Positions 1 to 11,500 of a DNA stretch of 64,000 nucleotides are shown here, in pieces. The position numbers and the translations under genes were made by a program. The stretch's first letter is position 1. Each line of letters starts with the position of its first letter. The notes beneath the pieces were generated by a model. That model was not told where the DNA came from and did not search any database. It worked only from the letters and a program-made list of their open reading frames with translations. The DNA lies in NCBI GenBank assembly GCA_001643675.2, contig LSRY02000044.1, positions 1-64,000 on the forward strand. Reading direction: 5' to 3'. This DNA is from Monocercomonoides exilis PA203. Lineage: Eukaryota > Protista > Preaxostyla.

Positions 1-794
1 TTCGTCAATTGTTCATAATCCTGGAAAAAAAAGCAGAAACATTACTTGTTCTCAAAGGTTTGCAAGGTATTGGAAAGAATGTCTGGACAAATGTTCTTGC
101 TGAACTGTTGGTAGGATATTCATGTCCGAATGTCACAAAGATTGCAGAACAAACAGGACAGTTCAGCTGCATCGTCGAAGGTCAAATGCTCATTGTTCTT
201 AACGAATTGAAGAATGTTGGTGATGATCGAACAGCTAACTTTGATGCATTGAAAAGCATAATCACCGATTCAACAATCAGAATCAATGAGAAGAATCAGC
301 CAAGAAGAACAGCTGAGAATGTCGCTAACTTCATATTTGTGACAAATCACACATACCCAGTAAAAATTGAGATTGGTGACAGAAGATATGTTGTTTGTGA
401 TTGTAACTCAAAATATAAGAACAATCTCACATTCTTCAAGGATTTCACTAACTCTTTCGACAATGAATTCTATGAACAACTTCTTTGTTATTTCCTCAGC
501 AAAGATCTCACCAATTTCAACACAAGAGCTATTCCAACAACAGAGGCAAAAGAAGATATCATTGCAGCATCACTTGCTGTCATCGATGTGTTCTGTCAGG
601 AACATTGCAATAAGCTCAAAGAAGTGTGAAGATGTTCTGAAGCACTTTGTTTAAGGCCAGTTGAATACAAGAACGATCGCTCATTCTAACTGGTAATTAA
701 AGACAGGTGTGAGAGAACACGAATAGGTAGAAGAGGAAATCAAGAGTGGTGTTATAAACTCAAGCCAGAGTATGAACAACTCCTCAAACTATGA
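1..794 (+). pseudogene. SF3 helicase (D5-like / DUF5906 / NrS-1-type primase-helicase C-terminal domain), truncated by the window start and decayed
   Basis: Walker A GLQGIGKN, Walker B LIVLNE, motif C FIFVTN and arginine finger DRR lie in ORF 9..629. The frame starting at nt 2 reads SSIVHNPGKK and joins AETLLVLKG through one extra A in the A8 run (25-32). Plausible coding sequence continues in frame past TGA 627-629 and TAA 687-689 to TGA 792-794. Confidence 0.8.
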
Positions 795-896
795 GAAGAT
801 GAAGACGACATGGACTGTTCTGTGGAAATAAATAAAACATATTCGTTTTTTTGGAATCATTAATACACAAACAATCAAAAAGTGTGTGCACACCTT

Positions 897-1214
897 TTAT
901 ATTCCACCAACGACACAATGTTGCAATCGGAAAAATGACAACACAGTCCAAACAAAACGAAGATCATCAGTATTCAAGTGAAAAACATGAATATAACCCC
1001 CAAATTTTGAGGAAAACATCAACATCAACACAAACAACATGCCATCATGATAACAGTATTGAAACGATTGACGATCCAATAAATGTGTGAAATCTGTTAT
1101 ATAACATGAGTTAACACTGATGACACAATTAATGCGTGTAATCTGTGAAGTCTTAACACTTATCTGTAATTTGCATAATATCAATCGCAAACTCTCAAAA
1201 AATAACGTGTTCAA
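897..1214 (-). CDS. Small hypothetical ORF (105 aa, non-ATG start in the track), possibly part of the viral remnant
   Basis: Open frame only, with no recognisable motif. Confidence 0.2.
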   Translation of the reverse strand: MNTLFFESLRLILCKLQISVKTSQITRINCVISVNSCYITDFTHLLDRQSFQYCYHDGMLFVLMLMFSSKFGGYIHVFHLNTDDLRFVWTVLSFFRLQHCVVGGI

Positions 1215-1245
1215 CTAACGATAATAACAAGTTTCCACCACCAGT

Positions 1246-1458
1246 TTAACAATTAACTTTCTCCATAATCTCATCTAACAACTCATCATTTTCGATAAGC
1301 TTTCTCCTCAAAATCTTGATTAAATTCTTCTGTTTTTCAGATATATGTTCGTTGTTATAGTTTGTTTCTTCTTTTTGTTTTTCCTGAAACTGTTTAATCT
1401 GTTTCTGTTGAGCAGCCTTCGCTTTTTCGACGGTTGCATTTATCTTCTTTCTTCCCAT
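1246..1458 (-). CDS. Small basic/coiled-coil protein (70 aa, MGRKK...)
   Basis: ATG start, basic NLS-like N-terminus, K/E/Q-rich helical composition, convergent with the helicase. Confidence 0.45.
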   Translation of the reverse strand: MGRKKINATVEKAKAAQQKQIKQFQEKQKEETNYNNEHISEKQKNLIKILRRKLIENDELLDEIMEKVNC

Positions 1459-1579
1459 TTATCATAAAACAAAAAACTTAATCAATTATTTTTATTTGCT
1501 ATTTCACTCACGCTCACTCCAGCGATAACACAACAACGCTCACACAAACACACGTTCAACATACAACTCATGTTTTTCG

Positions 1580-1612
1580 TCAACGATTTCGTAAACGATT
1601 CATCAACGATTT
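1580..1612. repeat. Three tandem imperfect AACGATT-containing units
   Basis: caacgatttcgta-aacgattcatc-aacgatttc; the same core recurs near 1063 and 1811. Confidence 0.5.
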
Positions 1613-1697
1613 CACCACTTATTTTACCAACTTCGACACGCTATGTTCATCAAATAACAAAGCTTTCAACAAAGACCTTCAGCTAATTTTCTAGCTG

Positions 1698-1945
1698 GAG
1701 ATATCGTATTTCAACAATAGATACATACCAAATACACGAAATCAACTCTCCCATCTTTATCGAACATCACTGCTTACACATACACATCTGCAATACCAAG
1801 TATTTTAAGCAACGATTATCAATCATTTATCTCACATTATTGCTTAGTATAACTTATTTTAAATGATAACCACAGCAGCATGGCATTAAATGATAATATT
1901 GATTGGCCTAATCTGGATGGATCTATAGTTGAAATACCATATCTC
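1698..1945. repeat. 25-bp imperfect inverted repeat pair (1698-1722 / 1921-1945)
   Basis: gagatatcgtatttcaacaatagat versus the reverse complement of 1921-1945, gagatatggtatttcaactatagat: 23/25 identical. Confidence 0.8.
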
Positions 1946-2440
1946 TAATATAAATTTCCAAATTTTTTTTGATAAAAAACAATCATCAAAATAAGATAAT
2001 GTCTTTTTCTTTTCAAATCATTGAATTTCGCAATTTCAAAAAATAAAATACTCAATTTTTGTGAAGTCGAAATGTTTCGCTTTATTGTCTTTCATTGTGA
2101 AAATTGGTCAGCTTTCACAAATCTGATGAAAATGTTATTGCTCAAAATGCTTCAATTCAAAAAAATAAAAAATGCCGAATCTGATTTGAGCGATTCGATT
2201 TCTTTGTTTCAATTGAATAATCTGAATCAATGATATCGTTGCATTCGAAAATAATAATAACAATTTAAATCGCACATATTATTTCAAGAAAAAAGGGGAA
2301 AAAAGGAACAAAGAAAGAAACTTGTTGATTGCCTTTTGCTTCTTTGAAAGCAATTCCACGTCTTGAATTCTCGCTCCCAATAAAGAAAAACGCACAAATT
2401 GAATAAAATAAAATAAAATAAACTGCATTTTGGGCTTCAC

Positions 2441-5400
2441 TTAAACGTGATGAAACTTGAAAACATCGCCAATACTAACTCTTGGAAGCATCGAAGCCGT
2501 TTCAATCGAAAACTGCTCCAGAGTTTGGCTTTGAAGCAAATCATCGCAGCTGAAGGGCTGTCTTGCAGCACCTGGCAATGAAAAGCAGCACGAAAGGTAC
2601 GCATTCCTTGTAGATGAATCCAATAATCTGTGAAACTCTGAAAAGTCTTTGCCAAACTTTGCTGATGAAGGACGATTCCGCGACAACCTCAACACGCGTC
2701 GAATGATAATTCCATAGGTGCCAGCAAAATGGTCGGGCTCTTCTTCCTCGCCTGCTCTCGGCTGTGACTTCTTGTTCGCTTCTTCGCCATCTTCTGTTTT
2801 CGGATTTGAATTGTCCTCTCCTTCATCTGGCTTGCCAAGCTGCTTCTCCTTTCTTTCGTTTTCATCTTCCTCTTTTGCATTCTTTGTCTCATTCTTTGTC
2901 TCATGCTCTCTGCTTTGCGCTGCCAGAATGAGAAGTGCTTTCATCTTCAGCCACTTATTCGCTCTGGCAACAAACATGCTCATCATAACATCTTTCGTGG
3001 CCAACGAGGAACCAAACGATGTGCTTGATGTCGAAATCGTGCGGAATGGCAATGAATGTGTTTGTAATACCGAAGAAGAAGAAGAAGAAGAAGAAGAAGA
3101 AGAAGAAGAAGAAGAAGAAGAAGAAGAAGAAGAAGAAGAATCAGTTGTTGCAGTTGTGGATGGGCACAACGATCGCAGCAAAGGCACAAAAGGTGTCGGC
3201 GCAGCTGATGCTGTCGGAGGAGGAAGAGGTACCAACGAATTCGCAACAGTCGGCAAATGGCGCAGAAGAACAAAAGGATGAATCGAAAAGGCAAAGTGGC
3301 TGTGCTGCCTGTGTGAGGCGCATGGGACATTGGATGCATTCGATGGGTTTGCTGCGCTGGAGGATTGAGCCGCACAGCTGCTGCTTTGAAGGCTTGAAAG
3401 ACTCAAAGAAGAAGAAAAAGAAGAAAGAGGAGGAAGAGGAGGAGGAGACGGAGGAGGAGAAGAAGAAGGCGCAGTCGACAATTCTGAAGAAGCTGATAAA
3501 AAGCGCGGAAATGCAGATGGGAAAGAAGGGTTGAAAAGAGGAGAAGAAGGCTGCGAAGGAGCAGGAGACGAGGAACAGTTGACAAGTTGAGAGCCAAATG
3601 GCGACGAAGGGCGCGAAAGAACATTAACAGAAGAAGAAGAAGAAATCAAAGCATTTACAGGGGGAAAAGGAAGCACAGAAGATGATGGCGATGAAGATGC
3701 AGTGGAAAAGGCAAATGCCGCTGAGCCACTCGAAAAGAGTGAAGAAGCAATCGGAGAAGAAGGAGGCGCCGCCAACGCTGTTGATGTTGTTGTTGAAATA
3801 GTTGTTGTTGAAATCGTTGTTGTTGCTGTTGCTGCTGCCATTCCGCTTCTCCTTTCACCATCAAAACACAACACACTTCCACTTCCTTTCCCCGCTGCTC
3901 TCTCCCCAAGCCCAATCACACACCCAGAACTGCCTGTCTGCTTCTCCATCAAAAACGGAACTGTTCTGAACGACTGCAAAAAGAACTCGCAAACACAATG
4001 CTGCTTCGCCAAATGCTCGTCCTCGCATTTCCTGCCAGCACCTCTGCAGCAGCCCACCATCCCATCTCCGCCCTTCTGCCCTGCTCGTACACACTCCTCC
4101 GCGCCCTCAACTCCCTCTGCCTCTCCCTTCCTGCTCATCCGCCTCACGCCACTGCCACCACAACCATTGACCTCGCTCGCTGCACCGATGACTGGAGGGA
4201 AATGGAATGAGGCTGATGAAGTGTCGAAAAACACGTGAAACGGCAAAGGGAGCAGAAAACGAGACAACGACGAGGATGAAGAAGAGGATGAAGAAGAGGA
4301 TGAAAAATATGGATTTGACTGTCCTGCTGCTGATGCCCCCTGGTTCTGCTGGCTGAACGAAGAAGGCGGAGTCATCGTATGCGTCGCTGAGACAGCAGAA
4401 TGTGCACTCGAAGCACTCGAATGAAACAGCTGCTGCGGGGCAGATGCAAGCACAGGCAGCGCAGATGACTCGCAATGGCTCAGAACGCCTTCTGATGGCT
4501 GAGCTGCTATCTGCACAGGAGATGAAGAAGAAGAGAAAGAAGAAGATGATGATGAAGATGATGATGACAGCATTCTTTCCTGTGCCAAAGGCGCCTCCAA
4601 ATACAGCGGCGTGCCCTCGAACAGCCGCTCTGTCTGCAACGGAGTGATCAGATGTGCAGCCGGCGGGGTGAAATAAGCAGCAGACCGCCGGCTCAGCATG
4701 CTTGGCCCAGATGCTGCCCATGCTCCTGATAATGTTTCAGAGGGGAAGAGAGGTGGAGTGGAGCCACGCACAAAACTGCAAGGCGAGCCAGATGGCTTGT
4801 GGAACGGAGAGCTCTCAGCACAGCTCACCAGCGGCGACGACCCCAACGGAGAAGAAGGCACCCCCATGTTCGGAAGAGCCGGCGAAGACACATCTGCCGC
4901 AGGGTCACACGGCGAGGGAGGAGACGACAGCGCCAAAGACCAGCTGCCCTGTTGTGCCGCCTGCTGCTGCGCTGCCATCAGGCTCTTCAGCCGCTCCATC
5001 TCTGTCCTGCTCAAAGGCCATGCACGCCAGTGAATGAAAAGCGACTGCGAATGCGACACAGAAAGAGCACTGAGGACAGACAGCGATGCTCCCAGAGAGA
5101 ATGCTGTGCACGGGACAAGCTGCGGGGCAAGCGCTGAACAAGAACAAGAACAACAACAAGAAGAAGATGATGATGGCGACGGTGATGGAGAAGCATTCAC
5201 TGAGTGCGCCAAATGCATCGGAGACACACCCAGCGAGGAATGCTGCAGCCAGTGAGGCAAAACAGGGTGCGAACAGAGCACTGCTGGAAAAGGCGCAAAC
5301 AAGTGCCTGAAAGGGAGGGCAGGGTAATACAGATGGACAGAAGGCGCCGGCGCTCTCTGCTCCTGAAACATGTCTCTCTGCCGAAGCAAATGCTGCACCC

Positions 5401-5937
5401 GCCCCAGCCCAACCAGCTCTCCCCCGCACACCCCAGCCGCCTCCCGCAAAAGCTTGCTGTGTGCAGCATCCCCACCCGAAGCAGCACTCTCCGATATCTT
5501 CCAACCGATGCTCCCTCCTTGCTCCTCTGCCCTCTGCCCTCCATTCAGAAACGACGGCGACACAACCAGCGAGGGCAGCTGCATGCTCCGCTGCTTCTCC
5601 ACAATCCGCTCCACTTCCCCTTCCGAAAGCGATCCAGGAAACAAACCATAAAAGTCCTCTTCTCGCCCAATCGCTGCTTTGCCCACCATTTCCTGTGCTG
5701 TTCCCAGAGCATGCAGACTAATGCAGCCAGACAGACACTCTCCCCAAAACGCTCCCAACGCCAATCGAGGCAAATGTCCAGCACACACACCCCCTCCAAC
5801 CAACTCAAGCACTTTCGCGTATGCCCTCACAAACTGCTGCCGAAGCGCCCAAGCATCTGTCCCAAACACAAACACCCCTCTGTCTTCCTTCAAGTGCTGT
5901 GCCTGTCTCCTTTCCTGCCCTTCTTCTCCATTCGGAG

Positions 5938-5969
<32 letters not shown>

Positions 5970-8306
5970 TCATTCTTCTTTTTCTTCTTCTTCATTCTCT
6001 CCATTCTCTCCATTTCTGCATTGCTTGTCTGCTCCGCCCCCTCTTCCCTCCCATCCTTCCCATTCATCAACTCCCGCAGCTCCCTCCCATACCATGCCTC
6101 TCCACATATCCCTCTCTCCCTCTCTCCCTTTTCTCCCCCTTGCTCCCCCTTTCCTCTCTCCTTTGTTGCTTTCCCTTTCCTCCCTTCTTCCCCCATATCC
6201 CTTCCAGAAAACCCATTCACAAAGCAAAACCCTGCTTCTGCTTCCACTTTCAGCTTTCGAACACTTTTTGCTCCTTTCCTGTCTGAAGCAGCAGCAGCAG
6301 ATGATGATGATGATGATGATGATGATGTTGTTGTTGTTGATGTTGAATGGCTGCTGAGAACACAGCGCCGAGGAAGAAACGACAGAGTGTGCGGGCGTCG
6401 GACCAAAGACGACTGCCAAAAGCAGCTGAAGCGCCTGGTCGATGGCTGCTCCAAAGACACCCTCAAACAACCCTGCTCGTCTGCCTCGCTGCGCTGCGCT
6501 GAACACACACACCCAAACGCCCCCTTCTCTGAAGAGCCATCATTTCTCATCCGCCAACAGCCCATGCCTCTCGCTCCCTGTGCCATCAAAGGCTTCTGTG
6601 CTGGAAGTGTCACAAACGGCGATATCCCAACAAAATTGGTGGCCAGTGGAATAAGCGCATAATGCGTGCACAGCCCTCGCTCAGCTGACAGCGGCACAAT
6701 CAGAACATAATCCTCTGTGGCACATTTCCAAACATTGAAAAGAAGAAAAAGAAAAAGAAAATTACCACAAATAAAAAAATAAGGATATAAAAATCTCACC
6801 AAAAATTACTCACAAAAGCCTTTCACGAACAAAACAAGCAGCTCGTTGGCCAATCGCCCACACCTTTCACCTTCTCGCCCAGCACCAAGTCCACCCTTGC
6901 CGATGCAAAACGGCCCAAAAACACTGGAGGAGCATTCTCTTCAGCCGACTCCCTCAAAATGCACCTTTCGAGCAGCTTGCTGCCAGCCAAAGGCCAATCC
7001 CTGCAAAGCTCATGTGTGCAGCTGCAGCAAACATCCACCCAACACAAATGCAAAGAAAGAAAATAAAAAATAATAATGTGGTGATTATTCCATTCAAACA
7101 AATTCAGCCATCATCAACCTGACAAAAAGACTGATGAAAATACAAACAAATAATTTTCTTTCTTTTTTTCCCCACATCTGCTCATTCACTTCACCCAGTT
7201 GCACATCAACATGGGCTTCCTTCAACCCCTCGCCCAATACCTTGTGTGTGTCAGCACAAACACCATCGGCGCTGCCAGCCAATGGAACATGCATTCAGAC
7301 GGCACTCGCGAAACAATCTCGATCCCCTCAAACACATGCAGTCCAACACGCTCGCTCGAAACCAGCCGGAATTCGTCGTTTGTGGAGCACAGCGAATAAT
7401 CTGCGTGGCATAAAAAAAGAATAAATAAAATAAATAAATCATTATTTCCAGCTCATTCGCAAAACAACGCAATTCTCAGTGCACACAGTTGTCATCTCCA
7501 CCTGCTGGAAAGTATCCCTTCAGCCCAGGCTCGCTCAGCATCGACCTAATGCTCCCCTTCCAAATCACTTTCTCGCAAAACAAACGATTCTCGCAAGCAA
7601 AAGCCAAAAGCGGGTGTAGATTCGGCATCCTTTGGCTGCCATCAGAACGCACAGCCTCGGCCACACAGGGAAACTTCGCTGACGGAAATCGAAATGCAGA
7701 GTAGTCTCCAACGCTGCGCTTCGCTTCCTTTCCAATCTTTAAAGACCAGTCAAATAACTCTCATTCAGAAAAACAAACTTCTTCAACAATGCTTTCCCCA
7801 GTGAAATATATCAGCGACTTCCCCAGCACTTCCGACCAGAACTGCGCCTGCTCAACCTGAAAAAGCCCTGCATTCCCAGACAATATCAAAAACTCTTCCA
7901 ACACAACTGATTGCGCTCAAACTGTCTTTTCTGCCTTCCTCCACCACAAAACTCACGGACCCCTGGTGCCGCTCCAGCATCCGGCTGAGCGTCCCGAAAA
8001 ACCGCACTGTGAAGTCCTCCTCCGGCTCCCGCCACCGCGGATGCTCTGAAAATGGAAATAAGCAAACATCGCCAAATCCAAAATGCACATACGCTCCTCT
8101 TGCACGACCACCACGTCCACAACCGAGCGCTCCAGCAGCGATTCGCAGAACAGCAGCGCCTCCTGGCTCCACGCCCAGGACGTCGCGCAATTGCACTGCT
8201 GATAAAAAAGGACAAACGCCCCCTGCCCCGTTTCGCACGGGACCAGCACCGACGGCTTCTCGCAACCGCCGCTCGACACATTCACAACATGGAGGACCCG
8301 GGTCAT
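2441..8306 (-). CDS. Large multi-exon hypothetical protein, Ser/Pro-rich and largely disordered; several short 5' exons plus a long terminal exon
   Basis: ATG at 8306 (MTRVLHVVNV). The intron gtatgtg...ttttcag (about 8092-8046) joins VVVQEE in frame to QHPRWREPEEDF. Further pyrimidine-rich intron-like gaps lie near 7780-7740, 7480-7410, 7190-7040 and 6840-6730. Long ORF 2441..6802. Exact exon structure unresolved and no domain recognised. Confidence 0.7.
3072..3140. repeat. (GAA)23 microsatellite encoding poly-Ser on the minus strand
   Basis: Pure trinucleotide run read directly. Confidence 0.95.
5939..5968. repeat. (CAT)10 microsatellite, read as Met10 in the minus-strand long ORF
   Basis: Read directly. 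Confidence 0.9.
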
Positions 8307-8553
8307 CTCATCTTGGAATCAAAAATACAAAAGCAAAAAACAAAAAACAATCAAGAATCCATTCCCATTTTCTTTTCATCAGATTTATCCTTCCATTCAT
8401 TTTTTATTTTTTTTTATTTTTATCTTTTTCCGCCACACACACAATAAATACTCATAAAACAGCAAAGAAATAAAATAACAAATAAGGCAAAAGTGATGAA
8501 AAAAATGAAGTGCTTTTTATTGAAATGCGAAGTGAGCAGGTTGTTGAGAATCT

Positions 8554-11500
8554 TCATTTCTTCTTCTTCTTTTTCTTCTTCACGCCCGCCAGCACCGAGC
8601 TCGATGCGCTCGATGCACTCGATGCGCTCGCTGCGTCTGCTCCTGCCTTGCCATCTGCGCTGTGCCCTGCTGCCTCCCCTGCCTCCCGCTCTCCTCGCCC
8701 ATCTCCAGCCCCCTCCTTTTCCTTGTCCCTTCGCTCGGCCTCCTCCCCGTCCATCCCAATCGCATTCGCCCCAATCGCCCGCAGATCGATCGCCGACGCT
8801 GACACAATCGAATACCTCAGAAGCGGGTTGAACAGCCCCAAAGAAGGCAGAACTGCGGCAAGCGTCGGTGTGAACGGCGGACCAAGCGAAGGATAGAGCG
8901 GCCCGCTCATTGCACCAGCAGACGAAGAAGAAAAAGAAGACGAAGAGAAGGAAGAGGAGGAAGAGGAGGAAGAAAAAGAAGACGACGAGGAGGAGGATGA
9001 CAACGCTGCTGACGATGTGGGCGGCGAAATCGAAGGATCGATCACACCCAATGCACACTCAAAGGACAGCAGCATGTTGTTGATCGCCATCTCTTTCTCG
9101 CTCGGAACCTGTTTGTGCTGTGCTGATGAAGAAGAGGAGGAAGAAGATGATGATGAAGGCAAGGCATCGCCTCCTTCGCCCTCCCTCTGCCACGCCATCG
9201 CCTCGTGGAACTGCACCACACGCTGCCCGTCCCCCAGCGGCAGCCCAAAGCAGATCGCCCCTTCCACCTCGTTCCTCCCCAGCTGCAGCAGCACCAGCTC
9301 CACCAGCAGCCGCGCCATCCGGAACAGCGCCCGCCGCCCTTCTTTCTTCCCCACCGCCGACTGCACCGCCTCCACCCGCCGCTTCAGCCCTGCCCCTGCC
9401 AGCACCCCTCCAGACGCCCCCGCCGACACCCCCGAAAGCACCCGCACCCGATCGTCCAGCGCCGGCTTCAGCAGCGCCAGGTGCCGGCTCACCGTCTTCA
9501 CAACTGCGCTGTTCTCAGACGCCGTCAGAGGCGCCCGCCGGTCGGCTGCGTCGCACACATCCGGCAGCCGCAGGCACAGCGTGAAGAAGTCGTTGCGCTG
9601 GCACGCCTCCAGCACAGACGCAAACGACGGCAGACAGCAGCCCGACAGCCGGTATGCATCCCGGAAGATCCGCAGCGACAGCGCCTGCGGCGTCTGCGGA
9701 TAGCACACACACAGAAGAGACTCCAGCTCCGAGTACGTGATTCCTCTGCACACTGCCCCTGGCGATGACGATGATGATGTTGTTGATGCTGATGATGATG
9801 AAGTCGATGAATCGCCACTGCATATCGCATCATACAGCGCCTTCATCGCCTCCTTCCGCTTCGCTGCCTCCGCCCGGTAGTAGTTCAGCAGAAACCCCAG
9901 AAACACTGACGCGTCCGCCTCCCCCTTCTCCGACTGCAGCCCCTCAAACTCCCCAAAAAACATCTTGATCTTCTTCTCCGACGCCCCTTCAAGCACCGTG
10001 TTGATGCACTTCCGGCACATCCGGAACGACACCATCAGGAAGTTCTCGCTCTCCTCCATCGGCTGCTGCGGCAGCACCCCTTCAAACAGCACCGTGTAGC
10101 AGTACAGGAAGAACGACAGCTCGTCTCCCGTGAACTCCTCCCGCACAAACTTCCCAAACAGCCACACCTCCGCAAAGTCCTTCCGGAACAGCTCCACCCC
10201 GTACACCATCGCCCACCGCGCCGCCTCGCTCTTCTTCTGCGCCGTGTGCTTCTCCCCCAGCCACATGTACACAAAGTCCCCAAACCCCTGCCTCCCTGCC
10301 CCAGCCCCAGCCCCTGCCCCCGCCCCTCCCCACCCGGCACTGCCCCCGCCCACGTCTGCCGCAATCTTGTCTCCGTATATCCCCCGGATCGTCGACAGCG
10401 TCCACACCAGCGATGGCTGCAGCCCCGTCTTCAGCGGCGTCAGCAGCCGCTCCATCGGCACAGACGACCGCCGCGTGGGCGGCATCCGAAGCACATGCGC
10501 CGTTTCGTACGCCACCTGCCCCAGCGACCCTGACACTGCGCTCATCAGCCGCTCCATCGCTGTCTGCCCCGCCGGCAAAGGCACCCCGCCTGCCCCTGGC
10601 TGCCCTGCCCCCGTTCCACCACGCGAAGTCACTGGCCACTCCGACTCTTCCCGGTCTCGGCTGTCTGTCGTCTGCTCAAGAAGCATGTACAGCCGCTGCA
10701 CAACAGTCGCCTTCCCTGCCCCTGCCTCTGCCCCAGCTGGCATCCAGTCCTCCCGCTCTCTCTTCGCATCCTCGTGCGGCGACAGCGGAATCCCATACAC
10801 CGCACTCGCATCTCTTTCTTCTGCCTTTTCCCCCTCCCCTGCCTCCTCGTATTCTCCCCCTCCGCTCCTGCTCCTCCTCCTCCTCCTCCCCGCCCCATCC
10901 CTCCCTCTCCCCCCTTTCTCCTCTGCCCCGCCTTCCCTGCCCCCGCCAATCTCCCCCCGCAGCACCTGCTCCTCCAGCTCCCGAACCTGAACAACCAGCC
11001 GCTCCACCTTCTCTTCATACGACGCCTTCATTTTCTTCTGCTCCTGCTTCTTTTGCGCAAGCGCCGTCTGCTGCTTCTCAATCACCTCCTTGAACAGCGC
11101 CTTCTGCTCGCTTATCGTCTGCTCCTGCACTTTCGACAGCGCCATAAGCATCTTCGTTTCCTTCTCCATCTTGTTCATCTTCTGCCTCACACTCGCATCC
11201 ACTCCTCCTTCACCACCTCCTCCACCACCACCATTGGCCCCAGCACTGTTCTTCTCTGATCTCTCGCTGATCAATGATCTCGTTCCCTCGCTTCCGCCAC
11301 CACCTCCTCCTCCACCTCCTCCTCCCCCGCCGCTGTTTGCTTCGCCCACAACACTCACCCCGCTCCCCACTTTCACAACAACCCCCTTCCCGCTCGGGTC
11401 TGGCCCAACCACCACAGCGCTGCCATCCCCGATGCTCGCTGCAAACTTCTCCTGGCACTTTTCGCACAGCCCCGACGGCAGGATCAACGACGCCGAAGAC

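Larger units (their letters stand above)
1..1945. mobile_element. Probable end of an endogenous DNA virus / Polinton(Maverick)-like element remnant
   Basis: Intronless SF3 helicase of a type usual in phages, Polinton-like viruses and NCLDV, followed by two small convergent intronless ORFs, short tandem repeats and an inverted repeat. The right boundary is not demonstrated. Confidence 0.45.

Noticed and set aside
627-794. Stop-codon reassignment or readthrough in the helicase
   Set aside because: Both TGA and TAA occur together with a frameshift, and host genes terminate at TAA (IleRS) and TGA, so decay is the simpler explanation.
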